A DNA stretch of 63,340 nucleotides, the filler included, from Octopus bimaculoides (lineage: Eukaryota): NCBI RefSeq assembly GCF_001194135.2. It is 10 parts of 9 records of this genome, joined end to end, with 100 filler letters (N's around TTAATTAATTAA, not from the genome) between each part and the next. Parts side by side here need not be neighbours in the genome. Positions count along the whole stretch, not along the records: positions 11,717 to 26,437 come from NC_068991.1; 9 more parts are not named here. The stretch is one strand, 5' to 3'. The translations under genes and the position numbers were made by a program. The notes beneath the pieces were generated by a model, which was not told where the DNA came from, made no database searches, and worked only from the letters and a program-made list of their open reading frames with translations. This document shows positions 12,232 to 23,985 of the stretch, one piece after another; within the stretch, counting starts at the first letter, position 1, and each line of letters opens with the position of its first letter.

Positions 12232-12441
12232 TAATTTTGGCACAAGACCAGCAATTTCGGGGAAGTTGGTAAGTTGATTACATCAACCCCAGTACTGAGC
12301 TTGTACTTATGCTATCGACCTCGAAAGAATGAAAGATAAAGTCGATCTCGGCAGAATTTGAACTCAGAACGTAAAGACGGACAGAATGCCGCTAAGCAAT
12401 TTGCTCGGCGTGCTATCAATTCCGCTAGTTCGCCGCCTTAG
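12232..12441 (-). mobile_element. SINE family B
   Basis: Same head, B box and body as 7671-7881. Confidence 0.8.
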
Positions 12442-12540
12442 ATATAAGTAACAAAAACAGCAACAGCAAGAACAACAACAACAACGACGACGACGACGAC
12501 GACGACGACGATGATGATGATGATGGGTTATGATGATTTC

Positions 12541-12743
12541 AGATTTTGGCATAAAGCCAGCAATTTTAAGGGAGTGAGTAAGTCGCTTGCATCGGACCCA
12601 GTGCTCAATTGGTACTTATATTCTCGACCCCAAAAGGATGAAAAGAAAATCGACCTCGATGGAATTTGAACTCAGAACTTGTAGACAGGTGAAACGCGGC
12701 TAAGTTCTTTGTCCGTACTAACGATTCTGCCAGCTCGGCGCTA
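12541..12743 (-). mobile_element. SINE family B
   Basis: Same head, B box and body as 7671-7881; followed by (TAG)n(CAG)n at 12744-12817. Confidence 0.8.
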
Positions 12744-12800
<57 letters not shown>

Positions 12801-13281
12801 CAGCAGCAGCAGCAGCAATTATAAATTTCAAAATTAGTAGTAATATCGATAAAGGAATTTAAAGAAAAAGTCAAAAATAAATACAAATAATACCAATATT
12901 AATATAATCAGAATCAAAGGCAGTAATAATTGTATTCCTCTCCTTCTTCATCCTCCTCCTCGGGTTCTTGTTCTTGTTGTTCTTCTCTTACTCCTGCTCC
13001 TTCATCTTGTTCTTACTACTACTACTACTACTACTAATACTACTACTACTACTACTACCACTACTACTACTACTAATTCCTTTCTTCTTCTTCCTTGTCT
13101 CCTCTTCCTCCTTCTCCTATTTCCTCCTAATATTCAAACTCTCTTTTAAACTTTCTACTTTTCCATCCGTTATTTATCCCTCATCTTTCCTATCCTTTTC
13201 TTCATCTTTTTTCCCTCATTTGTCCTTTCCTTCATAAAACTCTTTTATACTATTTCTGATGAAATCTCTTTGATGTTTCAG

Positions 13282-13353
13282 ATATTTGGATAATAAAAAC
13301 ATCACAAATATCGCCCCAGAATCCTTCCAGCATTTGACCAGTTTAGAATATTT
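13282..13353 (+). CDS. 72-nt leucine-rich-repeat exon (LGR/RXFP/GRL101-type receptor or another LRR protein)
   Basis: TTTCAG acceptor and GTAAGT donor, phase 2 at both ends. It encodes (L)YLDNKNITNIAPESFQHLTSLEY(L), one 24-aa LRR unit. Confidence 0.8.
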
Positions 13354-13692
13354 GTAAGTAGAATGAGTCTTATTGATAGGATTTCATTGAGGATATATTT
13401 GTGAATCAATCATGTCTTTCTCCCCTATTTTCTGTCCCTTAATATTTTACCTAGAAGTTTCATTATGAATCTCTCTGCCTTGAAATGNNNNNNNNNNNNN
13501 NNNNNNNNNNNNNNNNNNNNNNNNNNNNNNNNNNNNNNNNNNNNNNNNNNNNNNNNNNNNNNNNTTTAAAAAAGATCCCTATTGTATCTTTGTCTCGTCT
13601 TGTCTTTTATGTGTCATGTCATTTTGTGTTGTTTTATGTGAGCCCTAGTTCAAAGAAGTGACAAAGCGAGAGAGGGAGGACAGAGAGGAAGT

Positions 13693-13723
<31 letters not shown>

Positions 13724-14011
13724 GGAGAGAGAGAGAGAGAGGGAGGGATAGTGACAGAGAAAGTGAGAGAGTGAAAGAGACAGTGAGTGGTGACGGCGTT
13801 CATCGCAAGAGAAGTAGATACATAGATACATGCGCACAGCAAATATTGGATGTCAATTTCACTTTTCATTAGCACACGAGGATAAAATTAACTCACAAAT
13901 GGCTCAGTACACCACAGACCTACATTACATTAATGTAGTTCTCAGGGAGATTCAACCTCACACGGAATATGACAAGGCTGACCCCTTTGAATTACAGCTA
14001 GAACTCGAGAC

Positions 14012-14062
<51 letters not shown>

Positions 14063-14316
14063 GAGTGAGTGGTAACTCAAAGGAAGGTGGTGTTTGTTTT
14101 GTGTTTTCAACCACAGCAAATATTGGATACCGTATCCTAAACAAAAACTGTCTAATACATTCGTATATGTTTTTCAGTTGAAACACTGAATCATTTTGGA
14201 CATTTATTGTTTTAATAGCAAGAGAAAATCTGAGAGAGAAAGAGAGAGAGAGTGAGAGAGAAAGAGCTTGAAGATACAACTAAAACAATTCCAGTCAATG
14301 GCAAAGCAACAGGTAG

Positions 14317-14356
<40 letters not shown>

Positions 14357-14489
14357 GAAAACTTCGTTGTGGACTGTCTGACTCTTACTGTCTGTCTATC
14401 TATCTGCCCCTCTCTCTCTCTCTAGGTATGTGTTTGTGTATGTGTGTGCATGTATGAGTATGTTTGTATGTGAGAGAGTGGCAGTGGAA

Positions 14490-15700
14490 TTTTAAAACTG
14501 GAATTAACAATGAAGATTGCCACAGTTGGCCTAAACACTAAAACTTTGATGACTGCATGTAAAAACTTGTCTTAAAGCATGAAAACAAACATCACACTCA
14601 GTAACGAAACAGGCAAAGAAATATCTAAGTGAATTCCAAATACAAAAAATCCAGAATTAGACGTACTGGAAGCAAGCACAGAAAAAGCTAAGCGTATGAA
14701 AACCCGTGCTAAAACTGTTGCCTTAGATGTTCTTACTGATAAATGGCAAGAAAAAAACTTCTCAATGACAGATACCTAAAGAAAACTAATAATGCCGATG
14801 TTGACAAAGCCTTTACCCATCAAGGGTCAGTGTCTTCTGGCTTAAAATCAGAGACAGAAGGGTTTATCATAGCAAATCAAGGTCAATGCCTGCCTACAAG
14901 GAGCTACCAGGCCAACATACTAAAGAACGGTAGTAGCCCAACATGTGTATGTAAACAACAAAATAAAACCATCGATCATGTTGTCTCCGTGTGCAGTCTT
15001 CTTGTGCCTACAGAGTATCTCAACAGGCATGATAGAGCCGCACAGTATATTCACTGGGTAATTTGCAATGACTTGGACCTGCCGCATGATGAAAACTGGT
15101 AGAAATACAATCCACCTCCAGTGCTTGAAAATGACATCTAACTCCTCTGGAACTTCACCGTTCAAACTGGCAAAAAGATAGATGCGAATAGGCCAGACAT
15201 TATATTGAAATACTTCAGACAAAAATCATGCCTCCTCATCGATATAACTGTCCCAATCGACATAAATGTGTCTGTCAAGACCTACCAAAAACTGAACAAG
15301 TATAAAGATCTTGAAATAGAAATTGGCAAAATGTGGAACCTCTAGACAAAAGCAATACCTGTTGTCATAGGTGCCCTAGGAATGATAGCAAAAGGAGCTG
15401 ATTGCTACCTAGTTCAGATACCAGGAAATCTAAAAATCGAAGGAATTCAAAAAACGGTGCTCATGAGAACTGCCCATATCCTTCGTAAAATACTGTCTAT
15501 GTAATCCCAAATTTTAGAACAAACTTATAATTTTCTTATGTTTTCTTAGACATTCTCTAGTACAAAACTTTGTGCAAAACCAAATATATGGCACCCTAGT
15601 GATAACACCAACTTGATCTTCTAACTTGTTGTCTCTTGGGGTCACTGGGTGAGACTTGAAGTCAACTTGTACAAATACAAAGCAAAAGTTAAACATAATA
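14490..15700 (+). mobile_element. R4/Dong-type 3' half (CCHC-RHD motif, restriction-like endonuclease, 3' UTR), decayed
   Basis: ORF 14743-15102 has KSETEGFIIANQGQCLPTRSY, TIDHVVSVC and RHDRAAQYIHW. Downstream manual reading gives LWNFTVQT..IDANRPDII and PVVIGALGMI. Confidence 0.88.
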
Positions 15701-15709
15701 ATATATTTT

Positions 15710-15910
15710 ACGATACGATGAGGTAGTGAAAGTGCTACATCGGAAACTGCAAAAAGTGGGGACTAGTGAGAGGCAAGACGTGGTATGAGTACAAACCTCA
15801 GAGAGTGGCGGAGTCGGAGACCTGCAAAATCCTCTGGGATTTCCCAATCCAAACAGATCAGGTGCTAGAGCATAACAGATCGGACCTAGTGGTGGTGGAC
15901 AAGATGCACC
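15710..15910 (+). mobile_element. R4/Dong-type RLE fragment (second subfamily)
   Basis: Manual translation: RYDEVVKVLH...CKILWDFPIQTDQVLEHNRSDLVVVDK. Confidence 0.72.
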
Positions 15911-16404
15911 ACCACTTTCAAACAGGTACAAATTAGAATCCTCTCCGAGTGTTTTGGCTGACAGTTCCTTTTTCGTTCCTAGCCGTTTCATGTCTGTCAC
16001 TTGCCAGCACCTTCAGTAACAAACATTGCACTGCGCAAACATTGCACAAGCCTTGACATTATTATCATCCCGAAAATAGCCGACTACTACAGACTTCGCG
16101 TACTGTTCATAACGAGACGAAGTGTGAAACACAAATTGCAGAAGCTGAATAAAATCTGTGATAGGTAACTTTTTCCTTTGTCAATTAATTTTGGTGCATA
16201 TCTTACTGTCCCACGTAGTTTTCACTTACGTGTTACCAATACTAATGACCACTTCATCTGCAACACGTATTTATTGAGTAACAGGTTGACTTACTTCCTC
16301 ATTTAAATAATGGCTGACGAGATGGACGTGCTTTCACGTCCATGAAAATACGTACTTATATATANNNNNNNNNNNNNNNNNNNNNNNNNNNNNNNNNNNN
16401 NNNN

Positions 16405-16445
<41 letters not shown>

Positions 16446-16939
16446 CGTATATTTATATGTATACATATAAATATGTGCATGTCACATGAGTGCTTGGTCA
16501 CCATTGTCGTAGTGGCTGCTTGTTGGTGTGTGTTGTATTTGTTGAAGACCATCGTCGTGTGGTCTAGCCGGCTGTGTGTGTAATAAATGAAGCAAACTCA
16601 CTAACTTTTAACTTTTAGCATATTTATTGCTGGACATAATTTACTTCGAGGAGAGAACCGCGCTGTCTTGTTGAAGGTTACCTATGGCACATCATGTGTG
16701 AATGTCCAAAGTCGCTTTCTGGCACGAGATGGTCTTAGCAGCCTGCTTTCTGTGAGTGCTCAAGATGGTCTACGCGAATGCCCGAGGTTGTCTGCGCGAA
16801 AACCTGAGGCCGTGTGGCTGAGATGGGTGCTAAGCAGTTTTTATAGGTTGAAAAGAGGACGAATTTTAGATCAATCGAGGAGGCCATATCACGCCTCAAC
16901 TTCACGTTGGAAGTATCAGTGGAAGTATCACTTGGAAGT

Positions 16940-17142
16940 ATTAGTGCTCAACAACCAACTTGGCTCAAAAAGATTGGAACGAATGTTAAAGATAGAACAG
17001 CTACAAAAATCATCATTGCCTGAAAGTGCAAGAATCCTCTGCAGAGTTCTTGAAGTATGATCAGTAAATAAATGTCACTTTTGTCAGCTGGTTGTAGACA
17101 GCTAACACTTGCCATCAAACCCAGCAAAAAGAATTTTCATCA
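16940..17142 (+). mobile_element. R4/Dong-type extreme 3' end and UTR, followed by (TAA)n
   Basis: KIEQLQKSSLPESARILCRVLEV* resembles the C-terminus of the other copies. A (TAA)n array follows at 17143-17204. Confidence 0.65.
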
Positions 17143-17144
17143 TG

Positions 17145-17207
<63 letters not shown>

Positions 17208-17871
17208 GCCCTGATGCAGTACCAGGCAGTGGCTCTCATGGCTTCTGATCTTAATTGATTGGAAGTGTTATCATGTACATTGTTTTGTCTTGGTATAAAA
17301 GATGGGCTACAGCAAATATTCTGCTTAATACCACAGATTTGCTTGTNNNNNNNNNNNNNNNNNNNNNNNNNNNNNNNNNNNNNNNNNNNNNNNNNNNNNN
17401 NNNNNNNNNNNNNNNNNNNNNNNNNNNNNNNNNNNNNNNNNNNNNNNNNNNNNNNNNNNNNNNNNNNNNNNNNNNNNNNNNNNNNNNNNNNNNNNNNNNN
17501 NNNNNNNNNNNNNNNNNNNNNNNNNNNNNNNNNNNNNNNNNNNNNNNNNNNNNNNNNNNNNNNNNNNNNNNNNNNNNNNNNNNNNNNNNNNNNNNNNNNN
17601 NNNNNNNNNNNNNNNNNNNNNNNNNNNNNNNNNNNNNNNNNNNNNNNNNNNNNNNNNNNNNNNNNNNNNNNNNNNNNNNNNNNNNNNNNNNNNNNNNNNN
17701 NNNNNNNNNNNNNNNNNNNNNNNNNNNNNATGAGATCACCATGTCGCGCACATATAGTTGTGATGCATGTGCCTGATGTACCCTTATCAGACGGGTAGTC
17801 ATGATGGATATAATGGGCTTCGTATATTTTACCCCAGTGTCACTTTGATGGCATGCATTGCTCTCTCACTC

Positions 17872-17924
<53 letters not shown>

Positions 17925-17950
17925 TGATGATGATGATAATAATAATAATA

Positions 17951-18269
17951 ATCGAAATCGAAAAGATGTGGCATCTCAAGACGGTTACAATACCAGTGGT
18001 TATAGGCGCATTTTGGAATGATCAAATAAGGAACTGAAAATTATCTAAGAATGATCCGTGGATTAACATCCAAGCAGGAAGTGCAAAAGATTGTGTTAAC
18101 TGGTACATCATATATTTTTTCCTTTTTCTCTGTCTTTTTTACTGTCACATGTCTTTGTAAATGAGCAATCTGGTGTGTTTGTTTTAATGGCTTACCAATG
18201 TATACAGTACATTTCTCTACCCTAGGTGTCAGGAAGACACTCGGCAAGAAATGGAAACAGAATTGAAAG
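17951..18269 (+). mobile_element. 5'-truncated R4/Dong-type 3' fragment embedded in (TAA)n
   Basis: EIEKMWHLKTVTIPVVIGA...QEVQKIVLTGTSYI, then a UTR. TAA arrays lie on both sides (17872-17950 and 18270-18327). Confidence 0.78.
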
Positions 18270-18276
18270 AAGATGC

Positions 18277-18355
<79 letters not shown>

Positions 18356-18421
18356 AAGAAGAAGAAGAAGAAGAAGAAGAAGAAGAAGAAGAAGAAGAAG
18401 AAGAAGAAGAAGAAGAAGAAG
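18270..18421. repeat. Compound (TAA)n(GAA)n microsatellite
   Basis: Directly visible. Confidence 0.97.
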
Positions 18422-19339
18422 GAGAAACTTGTTAAAATATACATTTATGCATAAATACACCCATGTATACCTATATCCATCCACTTATATATACATATAT
18501 ATACTTCATATATACATTAAGGCATACATACATTCTTGCATAGGTACACATATATGCATATACAGACTTACACACAAACACGTATAAAAACATAGGTACA
18601 TGAATATTCACATACATACATACATGCATACATACATACATACATACATACATACATACATACATACATAGATGCATGCATGCATGCGTACGTACGTGTG
18701 TGCGTGCGTGCGTGCGTACATACATACATACATACATACATACATACATACATACAAACGTACGTACGACGGACGGACAGACGAACGGAAGTAAAGCCTT
18801 TACATTTCCCAGATGTTACTGAAAATGTCGAATAAGCAGCTATCCACAACTATCTTCAGCATGGTCAGTAGAAGAGACAACCCTTCAAGAACGTTCACAA
18901 GATATAAACATAATAGGCTTGTAGTTATCTGGGCTTGTAGTTATCCAACCGATGTATATTTTTGTGAAGGTTAGTAATTCACAATTCAGTCAGTTAGGGA
19001 AGATTGAAAATACGCAAGACTTTTCTAATTCAACTGTTATCACTTTGTCGTTGTTGTTAACTGAAGCCCAATGATAATGCTGTCTGTCTTTGTTAGAAGC
19101 CAGTCCATTCTTTACAGCAAGAATTCAAAGAAATTAAACAAAGAAGCTAACTATATACAGTGGTCACGGATCTCCGTCGTTCGAAGATAAAGATTCAGTT
19201 GTTTGATGAATTAAGTACCCTGCTTTTTAATTAACATGGTTGAGTATTCCACAGAAGCGTATACCTTAACATAATTCTCAGGTAGGATCAGTGTGACATA
19301 GGATGTGACACGGCTTTTATTGTCAGCATTAACTCGTAT

Positions 19340-19830
19340 CCGAGAAGTTAACCTGTAGTGAGTGATTGAGCCTCTTCATTCTGATGGATGAGGACGACCT
19401 TCACGCAAGAGCCGCCAGTGTATATCTCCAGACTAGGGGTTTCCAGCTGACCAAGCCTGCCTCCCGTCGCCCAGTTTATCATCGTTACTAGACTTAGAGA
19501 AGGGAGCGGGGAGGCTTATTGTTCGAGCCACAGATGGCCTTCGCGTGATTATGTTTAGAGTGGACCATGTGATGAGATCACAAGGCCCACACACTTGGCC
19601 ACCCGCCTTCACCAGCGGCACCATCGGGATTAGTGACATGCTGGATCTGGTTAGGGTGGTTGCAGCAGACCGCCGGTTGTCTCAGATATAATCGAGACCA
19701 TGAACATGTCATCCAGATACAGATCTTACAACTTCCATAAACTGATTGCAATTTCTTGTTTGTACCCACAATCAATGACAAACTTAGTTACATAGCCGAA
19801 TATCTAAGTAATACTGCTCAAAGACTGAAT
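19340..19830 (-). mobile_element. RTE-like LINE 3' fragment, heavily decayed
   Basis: The minus strand reads FE(S/Q)YYL/SVLLY...KKLQSVY and AGQVC/AGHC-like segments in the order of an RTE C-terminus, with many frameshifts. Confidence 0.5.
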
Positions 19831-20152
19831 TTTTGAGGCGAGGGAAATTTCACAGACTGACAGACAGACAGACAGACAGACTGCAGTAGATAAAGAGAGA
19901 ACATACGTACATACATACATACATACATACACACATACATAGACACATACACGTACGCACACGCACACACATACATGCATACATACATACATACATACAT
20001 ACATACATACATACATTCACACACACACACATATATACACATATCTATGCATAATATATATAATGTGTGTGTGTGCGTGCGTGTGGAACAACAAGACTTA
20101 GCAAGGCTCCTTAAAGTTCAGAAAATATTTACATTAAACATATGGTACTTAC

Positions 20153-21281
20153 ATAGATAGAGCATCCAGGTTTTGGTTGCAAATGCACGGATGAGAGATC
20201 TTAGGATGAAGAAGATCAGAGAAGTAAAACCAATCAGTGATTCTGATAAAAACTCTTGCATTATCTTCAGGATAGAAATGGATAGCATTGGTATACCTAT
20301 TGACATCGCAGCTCCATAATAGCCAAGTTGAACAGAATCCCAACAAAAGGGAGCATTCAGTTCGTAGAGTATCTCTAAACCAAATTCACCAATTACACTT
20401 TGACTTAACGATGCGAACGCCAATAAACAAAGCCAAAATTTCAACCTATGTGGCCCAGATTTAGTTTTGTCGGATGTATAAAACACAGTTACCCGTAGAA
20501 TACTCTTCTTTAAAGAAAGTTCCGAGAGTTTACCTCTTGGCATAGTCTCCGGAACTATAAATACAAAAAGAATTATCAAAACTCCGGATAAACAAATTGC
20601 AAATACTAGAGGCCATGAAAATCCTGTTTCTCGGATAAAATAGCCAGACCCCAGGTGAGCTAACCCATAACAGATATGTGTTATGCCATGAACTACTACT
20701 AGTAAGAATCCTCTCTTCTTATTACGTGGAGTAATATCGGCTGTGTATGCAAAGGTGACAAGGATATTCAACAGATGTCCTCCGACTATCCCTTCAATGA
20801 TGTAACCACACAAAAGATACGCAGTTTCCAGTTCCAGATTCATTACAAGACAATACATAAGATATCTAAGCATATGTCCTGTCATATTGATAACAACCAC
20901 CACTTTTCTTCCGAGAACATCTATCCAGGATGCTGCGATGAAAATAACGATGATGCTAGGGATGCCAGTGCATAAAGAAAACCATTGCATCCATTCTGCA
21001 TTAATGGATTGCACTTCTTGCTGTAACTTGTACCCCGGGCTAGTAACGTTCTTGAAACAGCGACCCAGACGCTGATGTGAGCCATTATTACTTATGTTAT
21101 GTGCAATAAAATATTCGTTTTTTATCTTAGCATATAAATACTGCGTTAAAACGGGTTGTCCGATAGATGAAGCTACTGACTGAAGCATATGAATGACGAA
21201 GAACATATAATGTCGCCAAGTAACATTTTGGACAAGCGAATCTTGTCGTTCGATTTTCTTCGGTTTTCCTTCTGTTACCAT
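20153..21281 (-). CDS. SLC46-family MFS transporter (PCFT/SLC46A3-like), large first coding exon (376 codons + 1 nt)
   Basis: Uninterrupted ORF with about 10 hydrophobic helices and SLC46 hallmarks: LTQYLY, a long glycosylated first loop with a Cys, WIDVLGRK, EGIVGG, AYTADIT, VPET and LYELNAPFCWDSVQLGYY. It ends at a GTAAGT donor (intron starts 20152, phase 1). A candidate acceptor lies just upstream of the ATG (~21304). Confidence 0.92.
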
Positions 21282-22179
21282 TTTGATGTAAGAGCTATTG
21301 CTATCTGTTCAAAACTTCAGATGTACGAAACTATATAAATATCCAAAATGTTTTTTTTTTCTTAAATAGCAAACTCATTATGATATGAAGATAGTAAAAC
21401 CATCTAATGACTTGCTAATTAAGATTTGGTGTTTGATTACTGAGATAGATAGCAAAATCCTATAAATTAAAGAATTTCGAAGAAATATCGTTTGATTACA
21501 GATAGATGCATATGATATATCACAGATAGATAAACTAAGATGAAAAATATACTGACAGTGCCTTAACTAAAGCTTTGTGAATTCGAATCTTCGTACAAGC
21601 ATTAGGTTGCATGTTTGAGAAATGCATTAAACAACAATTTCTCGAAAACCTATAAACAAAAGACAATACAAAGTTACTGTAAAACTAAATGCCACTAGAA
21701 GAGTCAAGTAGTTTATTGTGAAAACAATAAATCTATTTGAGTGAGAAAATAAAATAAATAAGAAACGACAAAATATCAAGGGAAGACAAAGCCCTACAAT
21801 TAATACTACCCGTTTCTCACTGATAATCTGATATCGACTTCCTAAGTTTAGACAACAAGTGGGTTCGTCCGGTGTAAGTTACGAAAAAGTACACAAATAC
21901 AGGATTCGAAAATCTCGAAAATTTTATTAATAATTCAAACTTTTAGAGGTAAAACTGGAGTACATACGGTATCTCGGTAATTATTAAATGTGCAGAATTC
22001 TTTCCTGAACCCTGGTTTTTCTTATATCACACAGTGACACCTTTACATAATGATTGTGTTTAATTTTGATTATATTCCAAGGATAATTTCATAAGTGGAA
22101 TGAGCCCAAAACAATCTTTTGTAATATTATCCACTTTAAAAGGTGAAACTGAAATTTGACCGACACAACTACATATATA

Positions 22180-22520
22180 TATGTAGTGGCTTCGTGCGGG
22201 CATAGCGTGGATTCGATCCTCAATAGCCAAATTTCACTTAACACTTCAACGGCACTTTTCTCACGGTAAAACAGTAGTTTTCTGTGAGTGACAGCAGTTA
22301 CATTGGCCAAGTGGCGAAGACATTATTCTGCTTAGCGAAGGCATCTGGCAAATGTAACTGCTATCACTCACATAAAACTACCAGATGCCTTCACTAAGCA
22401 GAATAATGTCTTCGTCACTTGGCCTTTCTAACCTCTTCTATTTCACCAAAAGTTAGAATAGGGATAACAGGTACCAGCAACGAAATCTATTGTTCTCAAT
22501 AATATGTCTATCCTTCTAGC
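22180..22520 (+). repeat. Dispersed repeat (copy of 9050-9320) with an internal inverted duplication
   Basis: Same blocks as 9050-9320, plus an inserted reverse-complement segment at 22305-22380. Confidence 0.85.
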
Positions 22521-23149
22521 TGGTTTTGGATAACAATAAAAACAAGAACTCCATAAGCCAAAGTCATCATGTACTGCTTACCTGTTACCATACGGTGCTG
22601 CCTACCTATTATATAGGCTGCTGTCTAACTATTATTAACTATATCTAACTTATATTTTGTGAAACCTACTAGTTATAATATAGGGTGATGCCTATCATAT
22701 GGTAAGCTAACTGCTACCATATAAAGTGCTTCCAATGTGCTACGCTATAGTAAACTGCCTAACTGTTATCACAGAGAATACTGACTATCATTACCATGTA
22801 GGATGCTGCTTATACATCATGTAGGATAGCACTTAACTGATGACATACAGGATGCTGCGTAACACAATAGCAGCCTGTGTGCATATTACAAAAATCTAAC
22901 TACATCCATGCAAATTTGAAAAATGACAAGGTCGAAAATTAAGTAGGCATTTCAATTCAGCGATAAGTAAACATCTGCATGCCTGAAAAATAAATGAATC
23001 CCAAGAATATTAGATAAGTTAGGGTTTGAGGCAAGGGTTGTTGCTTGTGGTGGCAGTGACAGCAGTGGTGGTAGTAGTGGTGGTGGTAAAAATAAACAGT
23101 TAGAATCCAGGCTGCATCTGTGAGAGTCCAAAGCAAAAAAAAAAAAATA

Positions 23150-23985
23150 AATGCAAAAACAATGCGTACAAATGGTTGCTGTTATTATATGCCTCCCAAC
23201 AGCGTCGTGGGACGTTGGATGGAGGGCCCGGTTAAATTGATCAGGGTCTGGTTTGGACCGGACCTCCAGATGGAGAAAAAGTGGAGCGACGGCCATAAAC
23301 CCAGAACTGGTCTGGGAGGACGCTATCCTTGCTAGAGAGGGCCGAGGTTGCACAGATGTTTATAGCATCTGTGATAACTTACCGCCTAACCGTTGTGCCT
23401 TTCCCCGGTGTGTGGATGACCAAGCTGGAACGAATCATTTTCCACTTTTTGTGGAATGGGAATCCACCATATGTGAAGCGCTCCATCTGCTGCCAGAAAC
23501 CGTTAAAGGGTGGGTTAGGGGTGCCTTGGCTGATGATACGCAAGTATGCGCTGAAGCTGAGCTATCTCTGGTTCTACCTAGATGGTGAACGGGTGTGATC
23601 ACTGCATGTCAAGTTTTTCCTGTCACAATTGACGTCTCTGCGGGACGTAGGCACATGGATCACGCGGAGACCGAAAATGAGCGAATGGCAGAGGGAGTGC
23701 AGACATGCACTCGCTCTGTTCTCCCGAGCGAGCAATACCGACAGCGGGGCTACCACTACGGATTTTTATAGCGGGTTGGTAGAGCACATGTCCGACGACA
23801 TCCTGGAGGAGACTCTAGGCTTCGATGGGGACCAGCTTGTCAATCCGTTCGGAAGAACATTCGGGCCGAAGTATCTGGACAACTTCCAGAAATCCCTGGC
23901 CTGGTTGTGCTACCGATCGGTCTTGCCAGTTCGAGAGAGGTTATCAAAGCATGGTGTTGGTACCCCACCCACAATGCAACACTGC
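23150..23985 (+). mobile_element. Tx1/L1-like LINE fragment (RT C-terminal region)
   Basis: GPVKLIRVWFGPDLQMEKKWS; LERAEVAQMFIASVITYRLTVVP...FHFLWNG...CCQKPLKGGLGVP; KSLAWLCYRSVLPVRERL. Confidence 0.85.

Noticed and set aside
16232-16259. Possible 28-nt minus-strand micro-exon (TTGCAG...GTAAGT)
   Set aside because: The peptide (EVVISIGN) does not resemble the missing SLC46 helices, and splice-like motifs this short arise by chance.
17251-17802. Long ORFs over N runs (also 32261-33046, 34674-35423, 37434-38357, 48084-48626, 59367-60324, 61884-62761)
   Set aside because: They are made of X residues from gaps.
18041-18849. Poly-I/L/R/K/F and YVCM/HTYI-repeat ORFs (also 30625-31024, 39137-39550, 50338-50665, 52114-52547)
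   Set aside because: These are translations of microsatellites.
20775-21075. Plus-strand ORFs overlapping the SLC46 exon
   Set aside because: Antisense shadows of a real coding exon, with no recognisable motifs.
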